Origin: Octopus vulgaris | Taxonomy: Eukaryota | Assembly (NCBI GenBank): GCA_951406725.2 | Contig: OX597817.1 | Location: forward strand, 92,690,001 to 92,754,000 | DNA: 64,000 nt | Direction: 5' to 3' | In this document: positions 29,348 to 44,163 of the stretch, piece after piece | Layout of the letters: the number at the start of each line of letters is the position of its first letter | How positions within the stretch are numbered: position 1 is the stretch's first letter | Made by a program: the position numbers and the translations under genes | The notes under the pieces: model-generated | Seen by the model: only the letters and a program-made list of their open reading frames with translations | Databases searched by the model: none | Told to the model about the DNA's origin: nothing

Positions 29348-29735
29348 CTGCGTGGCATCTTGGGCAAGTGTCTTCTGCTATAGCAGTGGATTTGGTAGAT
29401 GGAAACTGAAAGAAGCCTGTCGTATATATGTGTATATATATATGTGTGTGTGTATATGTTTGTGTGTCTGTATTTGGTAGACGGAAACTGAAAGAAGCTT
29501 GTCGTATGTATGTGTATGTGTTTGTGTGTCTGTGTTTGTACCCCTAGCATTGCTTGACAACCGATGCTGGTGTGTTTACGTTCCCGTCACTTAGCGGTTC
29601 GACAAAAGAACCGATAGAATAAGTACTGGGCTTACAAAGAATAAGTCCCGGGGTCGATTTGCTCGACTAAAGGCGGTGCTCCAGCATGGCCGCAGTCAAA
29701 TGACTGAAACATGTAAAAGAGTAAAAGAGAAAAGA
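29348..29735 (+). mobile_element. SINE family A, 5'-truncated
   Basis: Homologous to 57858-58230. Confidence 0.75.
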
Positions 29736-29837
29736 GAGAGTATATATATATATATATACAAAATGAGAAAATGGAGAAACAAACCTAAATCAATCATCAA
29801 CCATCAGATAATATCCAATCAATACTTTATTAAACCA

Positions 29838-30292
29838 CTAGCAGTATCGCCCGGCGTTGCTCGGGTTTGTAAGGGAAATAATTATATAAGCATTTTTAGA
29901 GATATAAAGTATAATAGCCATCTCAATATGGCTAACCACAAAGGGGGAGGGGTGTTACTGTAGCTTTTTACGTTCTGAGATTTAATAATAAATTTTAGAG
30001 AGTTACTTCCCTTATATATGTCAAAAATGGATTAAAAATGGGAAAAATTGATGGTAAATTTTTTTTTAATCGTAGACTCATCGTAGACGCGCGCTAATAC
30101 CCAGACGGTCTCGATATGAATCACGACTATAAGATATAGTCGTGATAGTTAAACTGCACCGCAAAATGTGGGAGTAGTTAGGAATCTAAATCGTAGGAGA
30201 CAGACACACAACCTCACTTTTATATATAAAGATTTCCTCTATTTACATAATATTGAGGTCTCTTTCTTTCTTTTGTTATCTTACTGTTTTTA

Positions 30293-30336
<44 letters not shown>

Positions 30337-31856
30337 TATATATAGTTACAGTGATGTACTTGCATAGCAAGTGACTTGATCTGAGATCGTGTGCTGGAAC
30401 GAAAACAGTTGCAGCGTTGAAGGTGTTTATAAGCCATTTAAGAAACACACAAAAACCGTTAGATTCACTTCAACATTTAAATTTAATTTGTCAAAATATT
30501 TTCATCGCTTTGAGACCGCGACCTGTTAGCACGATATTTTTGTCAGTGAACAGGTCGCGGTCTCAAAGCGACGAAAATATTTTGGCAAATTAAATTTAAA
30601 TGTTGAAGTGAATGTAACGGTTTTTGTGTGTTTCTTAAATGGCTTACAAACACCTTCCACGCTGCAGTATGTATGTGTGTATATGTGTATGCATGTATGT
30701 GTGTGTGCGTGTCTGTGCTTGTGATTGTCCTCCACCACTGCTTGACAACGAATGTTGGTTTGTTTACATCCCTGTCACCTAGTGGTTTGACAAAGGAAAC
30801 AGATAGAATAAGTACAATGCTTACAAAAATAAAACTGGAGTTGATTCATTAAACTACAATTCTTCAAGGCATTGCCCCAGCATGGCTACAGACCAATGGC
30901 TGGAAAAAGCAGAAGAATAAAAGAATACATTCTCTGCTTTGGTCAAGGCATGAGAAAGCTTGAGTTTACATGAGAAGGCCTAACAGACCTGGTAGAAACA
31001 GCAGCCAAATCTCCCTCAAATCACACCTTACTGTCTTATGTATGTATATATATATGAGCCAATGAGGGGGACCTCTACATGGTAGCTAGACCTGGTAGAA
31101 ATAGCAGCCAAATTTCCCCCAAATCACACCTTACTGTCTTATCTATGTATATATGTATGTATGAGCCTATGAGGGAGACCCCTACATGGCAGCTAGACCT
31201 GGTAGAAATAGCAGCCAAATTTCCCCCAAATCACACCTTACTGCCTTATCTATGTATATATGTATGTATGAGCCTATGAGGGAGACCCCTACATGGCAGC
31301 TAGACATGGTAGAAATAGCAGCCAAATCTCCCTCAAATCACACCTTACTGTCTTATCTTTCTGCTACTTGGATATAGGTGTTATATTCGTCGTAAAAAAC
31401 TTTCCTATCACACACTCACGCACACGCACACACACACACACACACACACACGCACCCTCACACACACACACACACACGCGCACACCCACACACACCCACC
31501 CACTCACACACACGCACGTTAGCTTACAATTTTATTTATATATTTGCGTGTGTATGTGTGGAAAGAGGAAGTGGGAGGCAGAGTGAAAGAATCACTCACT
31601 ACAGTAAGTCAATTACTTTCATTTTATTCGTTGCCCACTGTGTGTGTGCGTTTGCGTGTGGTGTAAACCAGACTAAGAAAAGCATTTGACACACACACCA
31701 GAATGTGAGTTTTCTGTAAATTTTGCTTAATTGGAGTTTAAATTTTAAAAACTGGACCTGGCATGACGCGATGCATTGTACTCTTAAAACTGCTAGGTAA
31801 ATTGTAATTGAAGAAATCCTATATTGTAGATTTGTATAACTCCCAAAGTTATAATA

Positions 31857-31859
<3 letters not shown>
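29838..31859 (-). mobile_element. Composite Helitron-like unit, copy 2 (core Helitron 29838-30232)
   Basis: Near-identical to 26121-28089; homology begins exactly at the CTAG terminus. Confidence 0.65.
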
Positions 31860-31891
<32 letters not shown>

Positions 31892-32639
31892 AAGACACAA
31901 GCACACACACACATATATATATAATTTTGCTGAACATATATATACATATATATGCATACATATATATGTATATATATATACATAAACTCACAAGCACACA
32001 CACATACACACATATATACATATTTATATATATGTATGTATGTATTATGTATATGTGTGTGTGTATGTGTGTGTTCATGTATGTATTTTAAAGTCAGTTG
32101 GGTTTGAAGTTGGTGTATTTCTAGAGAACCGGAATACTCTACCCATATACTGGGTTATCAACACTCGGGATTCAAGCCAAGCAAAGGCCGGAATATATCT
32201 GATGACCAAAATCTACGTTTCACATCACATGGTTTGGCAAAGAGAAAATGATACAATGAAATTAAAGAAGATAAAGAAAATTCTTTAACACATCTTTAAT
32301 TATTAGTTACACATTTTTCCGTACCGTCTCCATTTGCAACGCCAGTTTACGCAAAAATTATAAATGAAAAGTTACGTAATATATGCGGTTTTTGGCATTG
32401 GAGAGGCGCTAGAAAGACCTGCATCAAAGTTGTGTTATTACAGACGTCATTGTCATGTAAGTATCCGGAGGACATGAAAGTAAGAAAATTAAAACTGTGT
32501 ATGCGGGATGGATCTGTGGGGAAGAAATTATGTGAGGGGCGAATGAAGAGGGTGGATACAAGTCAAAATAAAAGGGAGAAAGTGAAGGAGAGGGAGGAAA
32601 ACGAACAGAAGCCGAAGTAGAAGAATCCGAAGAAGGGAA

Positions 32640-32743
32640 GGAAGAAATAGAAGAAGAAAAAGGAGAAGAGGAAGAAGAAGAAGAAGAAAAAAGAGGAAGA
32701 AGAATAAGATGATGATGAAGAAGAAGAAGAAGAAGAAGAAGAA

Positions 32744-32822
<79 letters not shown>

Positions 32823-32895
32823 TAGAAGAAGAAGAAGAAGAAGAAGAAGAAGAAGAAGAAGAAGAAGAAGAAGAAGAAGAAGAAGAAGAAGAAGA
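32640..32895. repeat. Compound (GAA)n/(GAT)n microsatellite
   Basis: Seen directly. Confidence 0.97.
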
Positions 32896-33727
32896 ATTCT
32901 AGGTGTGTGACAACTGGTACTGTCAAGGCCATTTTTGACAATGTTCATCAAAAGGAACACTATATAATTAACCACACAGCGACATTAGACGGTGATAACT
33001 TAAAGTGAAAAGTTCTAATACATAAATAACTAGACAATCGTCCGGATGAGGAAGTTAAAGATGTATGTTGTGTTGCGAGGTAAAATTTATGATGTTACAA
33101 TGTTTCGGCACTGGGAGAGAGGTACAAGTAGTAATAGTAAAAGACGAACATACATACAGAAATGTACACAAACACACAGGTACACACACACATACTTGTT
33201 GTGGAGCGATCTGTGTATATCTGTGCAAATATAAGAGTAATCGTCTGAGTATGAGTGCGTGAGCGTGTGATTGTGTCTGTGTACGTGAGTGAGCATGTGT
33301 TTGGGTACGTGTGTGTGTGTCCGCGCGTGTCTTCGATCCAAATGTGTATGTGTCTCTATGTGTGTGTTTGTGTATGCATATATTTACATCGATACATACA
33401 AGACCTCACATACACGTACAAATAGATCTACACACAAACACACGCACACGCACAAAAAGACACCCACACGATCGTATAGATGTATCAGTCCATCCATACA
33501 AACACGGATATACGCACATACATACGTACATACATACATACATACATACATACATACATACATACATACATACATACATACACACATACATACTACAAAC
33601 ATGCATACACATATATACGTAAATAAATACATAAATAGATACATTCATACATATATATATATATACATGTTTCCGTACACACGCTCATACATACATATAT
33701 GTACACATATATACATATACACACACT

Positions 33728-33818
<91 letters not shown>

Positions 33819-33868
33819 ATACATTAAAATATATATATGTCTCATATATTAAAAGAGATTTGTGTGTG

Positions 33869-33905
<37 letters not shown>

Positions 33906-34564
33906 TGTGTGTGTATGTGTGCGTTGTTTCCTTATGGATTCGAAAACTGAGTTGCCGATTTTGACGTATGAGGTATCACAATATTTAGTAAACTTTCGTC
34001 TAATAAAAAGAGTATAATCTTTGAACAAGAACTCTTTTTTACTCCAAAGATTACCTCGAAAACCAGGTCGGCTCGCACAATGTTGAGACTTTCACCGAAG
34101 AGTAACCACTCTACCTGAACACTCTTAAAATACATGGATTTTTACGAAGGAATACTCCCGAAGATATTCCCGTCAAGTTTGTTAGAATTATTTTTGTAGA
34201 TAATCGTTTAATGTGAAGTGTGTTTGTCTGTGTTTTGTTTAGTCCAGAATTCCTCCGATGTAGCACACCCATCGCATATTTTACTTCTTTTCTTCTACCT
34301 GAAATACTGTAAATCTGTATTTTGATTTGTTTAACAGAGATTTGGCTGCTATTGTAGTAGATCAAGTAACAACAGAGACACTTCTATGTGTGTGTTTTGT
34401 TGTGGTGAACCCCCCTTTTTCTCAGAATATTTTGCACAATAATTTTTAAAGAAATCTGGACATCTTACGGCTAACCATTTAACTTCTATCGATTTTCCCC
34501 ATGATGACGTATCCCCTGAAAAAATTCCATTGATCATACTGAGCTCAAAAATTGTACGCACACG

Positions 34565-34659
<95 letters not shown>

Positions 34660-35802
34660 TATTTCTAGTTAATTTTTTTTTTATTTTCAGATCATTAAAA
34701 TGGAATATCAAGCTAAGAAAAACGAGTATTTTCGATACCTCATTATTTTTGCTATTAATCAAGGTTCTAAGGCCGCAAAAGCTGCTCTCGACATTTGTGC
34801 TGTGTATGGAGAGGGTGCCATAGCTCAAAGAACCGCTCGTGATTGGCATGCCAAATTCAAAAATGGAAATTTTGACCTGAAAGATGTACCTCGTTCTGGC
34901 CGTACAGTTGAGTTCAATGAAGAGCGATTTAACCAACTCGTCAAACGACAAGGGAACTGGCAGAGAAAATGGAATGTTCCCACACGGCTTTAGAGAAGCA
35001 TCTTCACTCGATGGAAAATTTCAGAAGTATGGAGCATGGGTTCCGCATGCTTTAAGTGACCACAACAAAAATCAACGAGCCACATTCTCCGCTGGTTTGC
35101 TTGATCGTCACCGCTCAACTCATGGACAGAAGCAACGATTTCTTTACCGAATCGTTACTGGCGACGAAAAATGGTGCCCGTACATCCATATGAAGCAGCG
35201 TAAGGAATGGCTTAGCTCCGGTAAACAAGCGACACCGCGCGTGAAACGAGATCTTCATCCGCGTAAGATGATGTTGTGCGTATGGTGGGACTGGGAAGGG
35301 AGTATCCATTACGAATTGTTTGAACGGAACCAAACAGTCAATGTGGAACTCTATGTTCAGTTGATGGAACGACTCAACATGGCTATTCAAGAGAAAAGAC
35401 CTAATCAGCAGCATGGAATTCTATTGCTGCACGACAAAGCCGCCCTCATATCGCCAATATGACCAAGGAAGCCATTCAAACACATGCCTGGGAGGTGTTG
35501 CCACACCCGCCGTACTCTCCTGATTTGGCACCAACGTTTTTCCACCTCTTTCGATCTCTTTCAAATGCTATGCGCGGAGATTCGTTCAATGCTGATGCAG
35601 AACTGAGAGCTTCGTTGGATAAATTTTTCGAGTCGAAATCGGATGATTTCTACCAACGAGGTATTAAAAATCTTGTTGAGCGATGAGAAGAAGCTATAAA
35701 CAACAAGGATGAATACATTATTAATTAATTAGTTGATATTTGATTAAACCTTAAAAAAAATTAAAATTTGAAACACGGGAGAATTTAGTTGCCAACCCAA
35801 TA
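34660..35802 (+). mobile_element. Mariner (Tc1/mariner) transposon with frameshifted transposase at 34700-35686
   Basis: HTH region ...PRSGR, then WVPHAL, IVTGDEKW, LLHD and HPPYSPDLAP, split over three frames. Right TIR ...GAATTTAGTTGCCAACCCAA plus TA. No left TIR seen. Confidence 0.92.
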
Positions 35803-37324
35803 TATGTGTGTGTGTGCGTATGTGTGTGTACCCATACAAACGTATCTACACGCTCACGGATATGCCCCATACATATGTATATAACTAAAGTCACATATTC
35901 ATGCAGACACCCCCATACACGGATACCTATATATGCATATGCACTTAAGTACACACGCTTATGTATACACTCACACACATATACACATACAAATACATAC
36001 ATATATAAAATGTTATATATATATATATTTATATATATATATATGAAACAAATTAAAGGTGGTAAATGCACACAATACATCGTTTTAATATAATTTTTAA
36101 CATATCTCATATTTTTTATCGACCCGTTTCATTCTCGCAAACATGACATTGAGATTTATTTAAACAGGTATTTTCATAATAAAAATTGTTTTGTCCATGT
36201 TGTATGTGGAGTTTATGAATGAATGATTCAACAAGTAGGAAAATCTAAGGCGAGGTAATTGGTAATTGTTATTATTGTGGACAGGGAATATAATTATTCA
36301 TCTTTCGAGTGGGTAGAAATATATATATATATATATACAAAAATACAAAATCTAGAGTAGTGGGGGAGAAATATGTACAGTGATGGGTATGTAATCGTGA
36401 ATTAAAATATATTTAGACATCAAAGTTGGTTATGCGTGCATATTTAGTCGTCTTCTGTATTTTTAGATGAATAAATTTTCCTATTTAAACATTATTGCAA
36501 AGAGATTGTATCTTTTCAGTGGTAGAAGGAAGAAACTGTGTAATTTGGTTTGATTTTACCTGCACATCTCTCTATATGTTTACTTAAAAGAACATGTTTG
36601 CATTGCGGGAACGGGATCTGCCCTTTATGTACAATGGTTCTCCGTCTCAATGTCATACACGTCCGTCCTTTATAGTGATGCCCACAACCAAGCAGGTTAT
36701 GTCATAAATTAAGTTCTCATAGGCACAAGTAAAATTGGTTTTAATAGTGATCCTATTTCCTTGTTTGAAAAGGAAAGCCGTGCCTTCAGGTAGGCTGGGG
36801 CATGTTCCACCGTTTCGGCTCTTTTATTCTTTTACTTGTTTCAGTCATTTGATTGTGGCCATGCTAGTGCACAGCCTTTAGTCGAGCAAATCGACCCCAG
36901 GAGTTATTCTTTGTAAGCCTAGTACTTATTCTATCGGTCAAGTGGGGGTTGTTGTCTGTGGCTTTATTTTTTACAAACAGAAAATCTTCACTGGATTCAG
37001 TATGTTGGTCTGCGTGCGGTTCATCAATATTTTTCACATTAAGTGAAAATTGTTTCTCATTGTGAGAAGTACAGTTTGGGGACGTATCCTTCAACCAAAA
37101 GTTGTTCACTTTTTAATAGTGTGTGTTTTTACAACAACATTTACCATTTATTGGAAAGCTGTATTTCAAGTGTTCACATGAAATGAAATTTTTTTCTCAC
37201 TGTGAGAAGTATAGTTTGGTAACGTATCCTGCCACCAAAATTTGTCTGTTGTTTGTAAATAGAGTGTATTTTTAAAACTACGTTTACCAATAATTGGAAA
37301 GCTGTATTTCAAGTGGAGCAATCC

Positions 37325-37376
<52 letters not shown>

Positions 37377-37404
37377 AATAAGCAACAGGGATATCCAAGG
37401 TAAC

Positions 37405-37490
37405 GTAGTACAATCTTTTCATGCTGCTTCATTTTATTAAACAATGTAAATATTACATCAGTTTTAAAATGTAAAACTATCTTCAGCCAC
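37405..37490 (-). ncRNA. Degenerate hammerhead-like motif
   Basis: Minus strand GTGG-CTGAAGA-...GCAT-GAAAA-GATT-GTA-CTAC; same family as 25855-25940. Confidence 0.4.
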
Positions 37491-37499
37491 ATCATAAGC

Positions 37500-38040
37500 A
37501 GTTGTCCTAAAATTTCATCACAGTATTATCTCCCGATGAGACATGATGTTGTAGCTAGGACACTCTATATTAAAACCGGTAGGAATGATAACTCTGAGGA
37601 CAAAAAAAAAAGAACCCACAATATGGTAGAAGCCATAGCCAATCATATTAAAAAGGAGTAATGATGGAACCTCCCAGTGAAGAAGTCAATAGAACTGTAA
37701 GCACAACACACCTGATATAATGATTTGGGATAGAGAAACTGTGTTGAGTAGGAGAAATTAGCTGCCCAGCGGATGTTAGCATAAAGCTGAAGATCAGTAA
37801 AAAAGAGAATACCTACACAGAACTATTGAGAAATCTGCAATTACTCTATCCAGATTACAAGTTCAGGTTTATACCTGTAATTATTGGGGCCCTGGGATAT
37901 GTAACACATTGCCTAAATACCAGTCTTGAGAAAGTTAGGCTTCTCAAAAGCAGAAAGGAGAAAGCTAATTCGAAGTCTACTGTCCCAATCCATCACTAGA
38001 ACTTTTAAAATCTGCAAAAATTTCCAGAAGTTTATCATTT
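37500..38040 (+). mobile_element. 3' end of an RLE-type non-LTR retrotransposon (restriction-like endonuclease); partial inverted copy at ~23415-23690
   Basis: HNTPDIMIWDRE...ISCPADV...YTELLRNLQLLYPDYKFRFIPVIIGALG. Confidence 0.7.
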
Positions 38041-40783
38041 AAATATATATGAGCATGTCTAGATATGCAACTATATGCTTGAGAATATATACATAAGACA
38101 AAACGTACAAATCTGCACATATACATACATACATACATACATACATACATACATACATACATACATACATACATACATACATACATACATACACACACAC
38201 ATGCATACATGCATACATACATACATACATACATACATACATACAAAAATACCCTGTGTTTGATGTTGAAATTCCAATGAAGGAGCCTTGGATCTAGGTT
38301 AGAAACCGGATCTTTCTCTATTGGCAAGAGTTCTGAGCAATAACATACATATATACATACATACTTACATACATATGTACATGCATACATACAAAGTACC
38401 TGATGCATTAGTTACTGCCACTGAGAGGATTACAAAGGACTGGCGAACAATTTTCACACTCATTGACCAACAAAACACTTATAATTTTATGGATAACCTG
38501 AAGAGTTCACATGATCTAACAGCACTTGGACATCTTCCTGGTGGGGCCAGAGTATAGAGGTGTCATCAACATATCGCAGCCATAGTGTTGGTTTTAGTAG
38601 CGTTGATCCTAAAGCTAAATTCTCAAAGTATATATTGGCTTTTATCGGTGATAATGGCGGACACATAGCTAAATCCCGTTCATAATGTTTCTGAACAAAC
38701 ATTACAAAGGATTAAAAACAGGTTGGTTAAATTTTTCGAAATATGGGCTTCATTATTATTTTCGATGATAACATCACTAAAGCCAACATTTTAGATATCA
38801 CCTTTAACTTATGTAATTTTTCTTCTTCCCCATATCATACACTCTCAACAAAGTTAAAATACGTTAGCTCCTTCAGTTACCATTCAAGGGCTATAACAAG
38901 AAATATTTCACTTACACTTTCTAGATTGCTAATGTTGATATCTTCAACGATAAAGCCATATTTTATAGCTTTGCTTTACTTAAAATAATAAATAAATGCG
39001 CCCTTTTAAAGCCTAGCCAAGCTCTTGGGCCCGGTTTCCCGGTTTCTATGGCGTATGTGTGACTCAGCTGGACGGAACGCCAGTCCATCTCAGTGTTACT
39101 CATTTTTGCCAGCTGAGTGTACTGGAGCAACATGAAATGAAGTGTTTTGCTCAAGAACACAACGCGTCTCCCAGTCCAGGAATCGAAATCACAGTCATGA
39201 TGCTGACACCCTAACCACTTAGCCACGCGCATCCACATAGTTATATGTAGCTGTAAATAGTTATATGTAGCGAAAATGAAATGTAAGATGACAGTTACAG
39301 TTCGAATTTCATAGGTCGTTAGAATTTACTTATAGGAACTAAAGGTATGTTTTGCCAAAGTTTACAACGATAAACGTGTTTACAAGTGTATTCTCCGAAA
39401 AAATTACTAGAAACTGTTCTTCGTTACAGAGCGGGCAGAAAGATTTACTTTGTCATATGGGAAGGATCTAGATAGAATAATTCATTCCAGATCGAATTGT
39501 TCATTATATTCCTTTAGAAACCAAATTAAAGTCCTATACTCAGTATTGTTGCGTTTATTGATATGTCTAAATGTAGATTAATGGTTATTTATTATTTTCG
39601 ACAACTGAGACGATTGACTACATATGTAAAAATAAGACTTTAGAACTGGAAGTAATTTTTCAGTCATAAACAGAGATTTTAGTCTTAGAATTACTGCTAA
39701 AGAAACGAATACGATTCGAATTTCTATCAGAAATATTAATATTACTGTTATTATTGTTCAAAGTATTGTTCAAAGTATTATCGTTAATAATATCAATGTT
39801 ATTATTTTCATTAAGAGGATTTGAGTTTAACAACTTTTGTTATGCGAAGAGATGATTTGTGAAAGGTTTTTTGTGTTTAAAAACCCTATCCTGATTCGGT
39901 TTGAATTAATAATGGAATGGTAGCTTGGATATTTTGGAAAATTATTATCTATAGGTTCTCGAGGCTGGTAAGAGCGGCTGGATTTGATCTGATTACCATA
40001 TGGAATTATCAACCAAACAGTTTTACTAGGATAGACATTGTTGTTAGGGTAATTATCTTCAGAAGTCCTAGACGTATTTGTATTACGTGTAGTGAGATAT
40101 AAAGAACAGTTATCTCCCTTACACTGCAAAATTTCATCTTTCGATTTAGTGTTGTTTTTCGAACTAAAATTTATAACGTTATACCGTTATGACGTGTTTT
40201 CATGTCCTGATGAGTAGCGAAAGAATTTATGTCAGTAGCGTTAATATCGGAAATTTTATTCTTTATAGCCTGCTTTAAGTAACGAAGAGCTATGAAATAT
40301 GGCTTTATCATTGAAGATATCAACATCAGCAGATAATCTAGAACGCCTAAGTGAAGAGTTTCCTAATTATAGTTTTATAATTATACATTTCCCAGCGACT
40401 CTACTGATGAACCACGGAATAAATGAATTGATTGACTAATTAATTGTTTTGTTTGATCATTAATTCAGAAACACATAGGTAGAGGGGTAACTGAGATTTT
40501 CATTCATTTACATATCCTGCTCGACTACACGCAACGTATCTTAAATAAGAATCTTTCTTTTCGTGGTTTCGCTTTTGACTGCACTTTTCTGCATATTAGA
40601 AGTCGACACGGTGGTATTCTCTCCGTGTATAAATTTCTATACTCTATTATATAGAAATATATATGTCCTCTGACTTTTAATAAGCATTCTGACCAATTGT
40701 AAAAATATTATTTTAAAAAATTGTTATCCTTTGTTTATATTTATATACATACACACACACAACACACACACATACAAACATAT

Positions 40784-43700
40784 GATTGATTGATTGATTG
40801 ATTGATTGATTCTAGTTTCAGCTTATGAGCTGTGGCCGTGCTGGGGCACCGCCATTTGGTGTTGCTACTTGGTTTCACTTCATGGAGGCTTTCTAGCAAC
40901 TGCTATTTGGTGCATGAGAGAGTTCGATGCAGCTGCCCTCATCTGCCCCTCCTGCCGTGAAGTTGGTTCATCTGGGACACCTGACAGGAAGAGATCCAGC
41001 TTCATTTTAAAGACATCTGTATCCGCCCCATGCAGGTCTCTCAGGTTCTTCGGGAGGATATTGAAGAGCTGTGGGCCTCGGAAGCCCAGGCTATCACAGA
41101 ATCTTGTCCTACATCTTGATGGCAGGTTTGGAGTCCTAGGCACCACGCAGTGGCGCCCAGTTCTGGCATTTACATAACTCTCGATGCCAAAGTTCAGGAC
41201 ACTTCCCTCCAGGATCTTCCAGATGTATATTATGGCATATCTTTCCCGCCTACGCTCCAGGGAATATAATTTTAATCTCTTGAGTCTTTCCCAGTAGCTT
41301 ACATTCTGCATAGAGGCTATCTTCTTTGTGTAGCTTCGTTGGATCGCCTCAAGTTCTGTGATCAACTTGACACTGGATGGTGACCATAGCTGAGAGCAAT
41401 AGTCAAAGTGGCTTAGGACAAGTGTCTTCCAGAGGACCATCATGGTTTCTTGTTCTCTTGTTCTAAAGGTTCTAAGAATCCATCCAGCCAGCCGTCTACA
41501 TTTCATTGTCAGTTTAGCAACATGTACATGAAAGGTCGCGTCATCACTCATGTGAATACCCAGGTCACGCACTGATTGTGCCTCTGGGATTGCAATCCCT
41601 CCGGGTCCAGTGTATTCATTGGGTATTGCATTCAGTTTTGCATGCTGATAGTATAAAGCTTGAAACTTTCCAGCATTGAACTGCATGCTATTCTTTTCAG
41701 CCCACTTGTATATTTCGTCCAGCTCACATTGCAGGTGTTTAGTGTCCTCAGGGTTCTGTATTGCCTGTGAAACTTTTGTATCATCTGCATAACTTGTGAT
41801 CGTGGATCTCTGCGTGGCTGAGGGCATGTCTGAGAGGGCCATTATGAACAGTAGTGGTCCCAAAACAGTGCCCTGTGGAACACCGCTCACTATTTGCGTG
41901 CTAATGGAAGTGGCCCCATTGGCTACTACCACCTGACTTCTATTCTTCAGAAAGTCGTGAAGCCATTCTCCTAGTTTTCCAACTATGCCAAGATCACGCA
42001 GTTTGTGACATATCATTCCATGATCGACTTTATCGAAGGCCTTTGCGAAGTCGAGATATATGACTTCCACATTTGAGTGGTTGAGCAGTTGTTTCAGCAC
42101 CCAGTCATAGTGCTGCAGGAGCTGAGTTAAGCAGCTTCTTCCTGGTCGGAAACCATGTTGGGTGTCAGGCAGCAAGTCATTTTCTTCAAGGAAGGTGATT
42201 AGTTTCCTTCTGACTATTCGTTCCATGACCTTGCTGATGTGTGAGGTCAGAGAGATAGGTCTGTAATTCTTGGCCTCCGCTCTGCTACCTCCTTTATGAA
42301 TAGGGCATATTTTACCTTCCTTCAGTCCCCTTGGAAGTTTGCCAGCTGCAAGGAAGCTCTGAAAGAGGAGCTGCAGTGGTCTTGCTAAGACTCTCTTACA
42401 TACTTTTAGGAGGATTGCCGGGAATCCATCGGGGCCAATAGCTGAGTCTATTTTCATTTCATCTATAGCCTTTATTACATCGTCTTCCTTTATATCGATG
42501 TAATTTATCGTCGCTGCCTCTGATTCTATATCTGCAGTGGTAAAGAAGTCAGTTGGATTGCTGATTTGGAAATGCCCAAGGGGTGGAGTGAAAACACTCT
42601 TGAATTGTTCATTCAGTATTTCACTTACCCTCATTGGTTTTCCTGTGAGTGTGCCATCCTTTTCAAGGAGTGGCCCTATCCTACAGTGCACCGTAGCTGT
42701 TTCTTTGGCATACCTGTAGAAAGCTCTGGGGTTAGTTTTTATGTTGTCTATAGCCCAGGCTTCTTTGTCTGCTCTTTCCTTCTCATGGGAGAGTTGCAGA
42801 CAATTTTCAATTTCCAACAGTTTTATTTTCAGGCGGGACTTTTCACTGCTTTCAATTTGTTTGTTTAGGCGATTTGAAATTTTTGTACGCCGTCTCATTA
42901 AAATTTTCCTCTCTCTGGGGATTTTGTTCTTGTGTACAGTGGCCTTTCTCTCTGGGACACATTTGTAGCATATGGCTTGCATTACAGACATGAATTGTTG
43001 AAGTATCATGTCGATGTCCGGCGAGGAGAGACATTCAGGCCAGTTTTGTTTGAGGATCTCTTTCTCAATTTGTTTCCAGTTTGCCTTATTGAAGTTCAAG
43101 CTGGAAAGATTCTGAGGGTTTCTTGTAGGCTGCATGTCCGTGCTCTCTTTTGGCCCGTACATGGTCAGCTCTACCATGTTGTGATCCGAGAGTAGTGTCG
43201 GTGTCACTTTCACATTATGGATGAGATCCATATTATTTGTGAAGCAGAGATCCAGTGTGTTACCTGCTCTGGTTGGTTGCAGTATTACTTGCTCCATGTA
43301 CAGGGTGTTGGTGAGGTTCAGGAGGGACCTCGCCTGTCCACGTTCACATCTTGTCATTCCTGGGAGAGAAAGGCCCTCGGGCCATCTGACATTCGGTAGA
43401 TTGAAGTCTCCCATGAGAAGTACACTTATGTGTTGTTCTAATGTGGTTAGAACTTCTTCTATTTTTAAAAGGCAGTCCTCAAACTTGCCCATATGACTTG
43501 GGGCATCTGGAGGGCGATATGTAGCACACACAACTACATCAAGTTGCCTTATGTGTACAATTAGTGTGTCACACACCGAGTTTGAGTATGACAAAAGGAC
43601 CTGGGGTGTGAGGTCCCCACGGATGTACATAGCAACTCCTCCATGACTCCTTTCTTTCCTGTCGGTCCGTAGTACAACATACTGTGGTATGTGTAATTCC

Positions 43701-44003
43701 GCATCTGCTATGTCCGGTTTCAGATGCGTTTCTGTGAGTGCTATGCATAAGGCTTGATTGCATGCGACAAAGTCTCTCAGGAACGGGACTTTTGTCCTGT
43801 TACTGTGTGTTAGTAGTCCTCTGATGTTCAGTAGGAGCATCGAGGTGAGGTGTATGCTGTTGCCGGCGGTGTCCACCCTGGGTCCATCTGCTGTGGCGGT
43901 CTTGTGAACTGTGGGCAGTTCCATCTGCGAGCCTAAGCCTGATGGAGCCAGGTTAGCTGCTGTACAATCTTTTGTGCCATGCACAAAAAAGATTCCTGCT
44001 CAG
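40784..44003 (-). mobile_element. CR1-clade LINE, 5'-truncated just upstream of ORF2, with an (AATC)7 tail
   Basis: Tail at 40784-40811. Absent from the matching microsatellite in the left arm (~15145-15200). Confidence 0.9.
40880..43984 (-). CDS. LINE ORF2: AP endonuclease plus reverse transcriptase, uninterrupted 1034 codons
   Basis: APE motifs NIRGL, TETHL, YRPP, GDFN and SDH. RT motifs [29 protein letters not shown] and YADD. CR1-type SLERRR C-terminal motif. Confidence 0.95.
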   Translation of the reverse strand: MHGTKDCTAANLAPSGLGSQMELPTVHKTATADGPRVDTAGNSIHLTSMLLLNIRGLLTHSNRTKVPFLRDFVACNQALCIALTETHLKPDIADAELHIPQYVVLRTDRKERSHGGVAMYIRGDLTPQVLLSYSNSVCDTLIVHIRQLDVVVCATYRPPDAPSHMGKFEDCLLKIEEVLTTLEQHISVLLMGDFNLPNVRWPEGLSLPGMTRCERGQARSLLNLTNTLYMEQVILQPTRAGNTLDLCFTNNMDLIHNVKVTPTLLSDHNMVELTMYGPKESTDMQPTRNPQNLSSLNFNKANWKQIEKEILKQNWPECLSSPDIDMILQQFMSVMQAICYKCVPERKATVHKNKIPRERKILMRRRTKISNRLNKQIESSEKSRLKIKLLEIENCLQLSHEKERADKEAWAIDNIKTNPRAFYRYAKETATVHCRIGPLLEKDGTLTGKPMRVSEILNEQFKSVFTPPLGHFQISNPTDFFTTADIESEAATINYIDIKEDDVIKAIDEMKIDSAIGPDGFPAILLKVCKRVLARPLQLLFQSFLAAGKLPRGLKEGKICPIHKGGSRAEAKNYRPISLTSHISKVMERIVRRKLITFLEENDLLPDTQHGFRPGRSCLTQLLQHYDWVLKQLLNHSNVEVIYLDFAKAFDKVDHGMICHKLRDLGIVGKLGEWLHDFLKNRSQVVVANGATSISTQIVSGVPQGTVLGPLLFIMALSDMPSATQRSTITSYADDTKVSQAIQNPEDTKHLQCELDEIYKWAEKNSMQFNAGKFQALYYQHAKLNAIPNEYTGPGGIAIPEAQSVRDLGIHMSDDATFHVHVAKLTMKCRRLAGWILRTFRTREQETMMVLWKTLVLSHFDYCSQLWSPSSVKLITELEAIQRSYTKKIASMQNVSYWERLKRLKLYSLERRRERYAIIYIWKILEGSVLNFGIESYVNARTGRHCVVPRTPNLPSRCRTRFCDSLGFRGPQLFNILPKNLRDLHGADTDVFKMKLDLFLSGVPDEPTSRQEGQMRAAASNSLMHQIAVARKPP

Positions 44004-44035
44004 CATAAATGTATGTATTTATGTATGTATATATC

Positions 44036-44069
<34 letters not shown>

Positions 44070-44074
44070 CGTAC

Positions 44075-44163
<89 letters not shown>

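Noticed and set aside
40204-40235. CTGATGAGTAGCGAAA hammerhead-like string
   Set aside because: Stems absent, and the other arm has GACA instead of GAAA.
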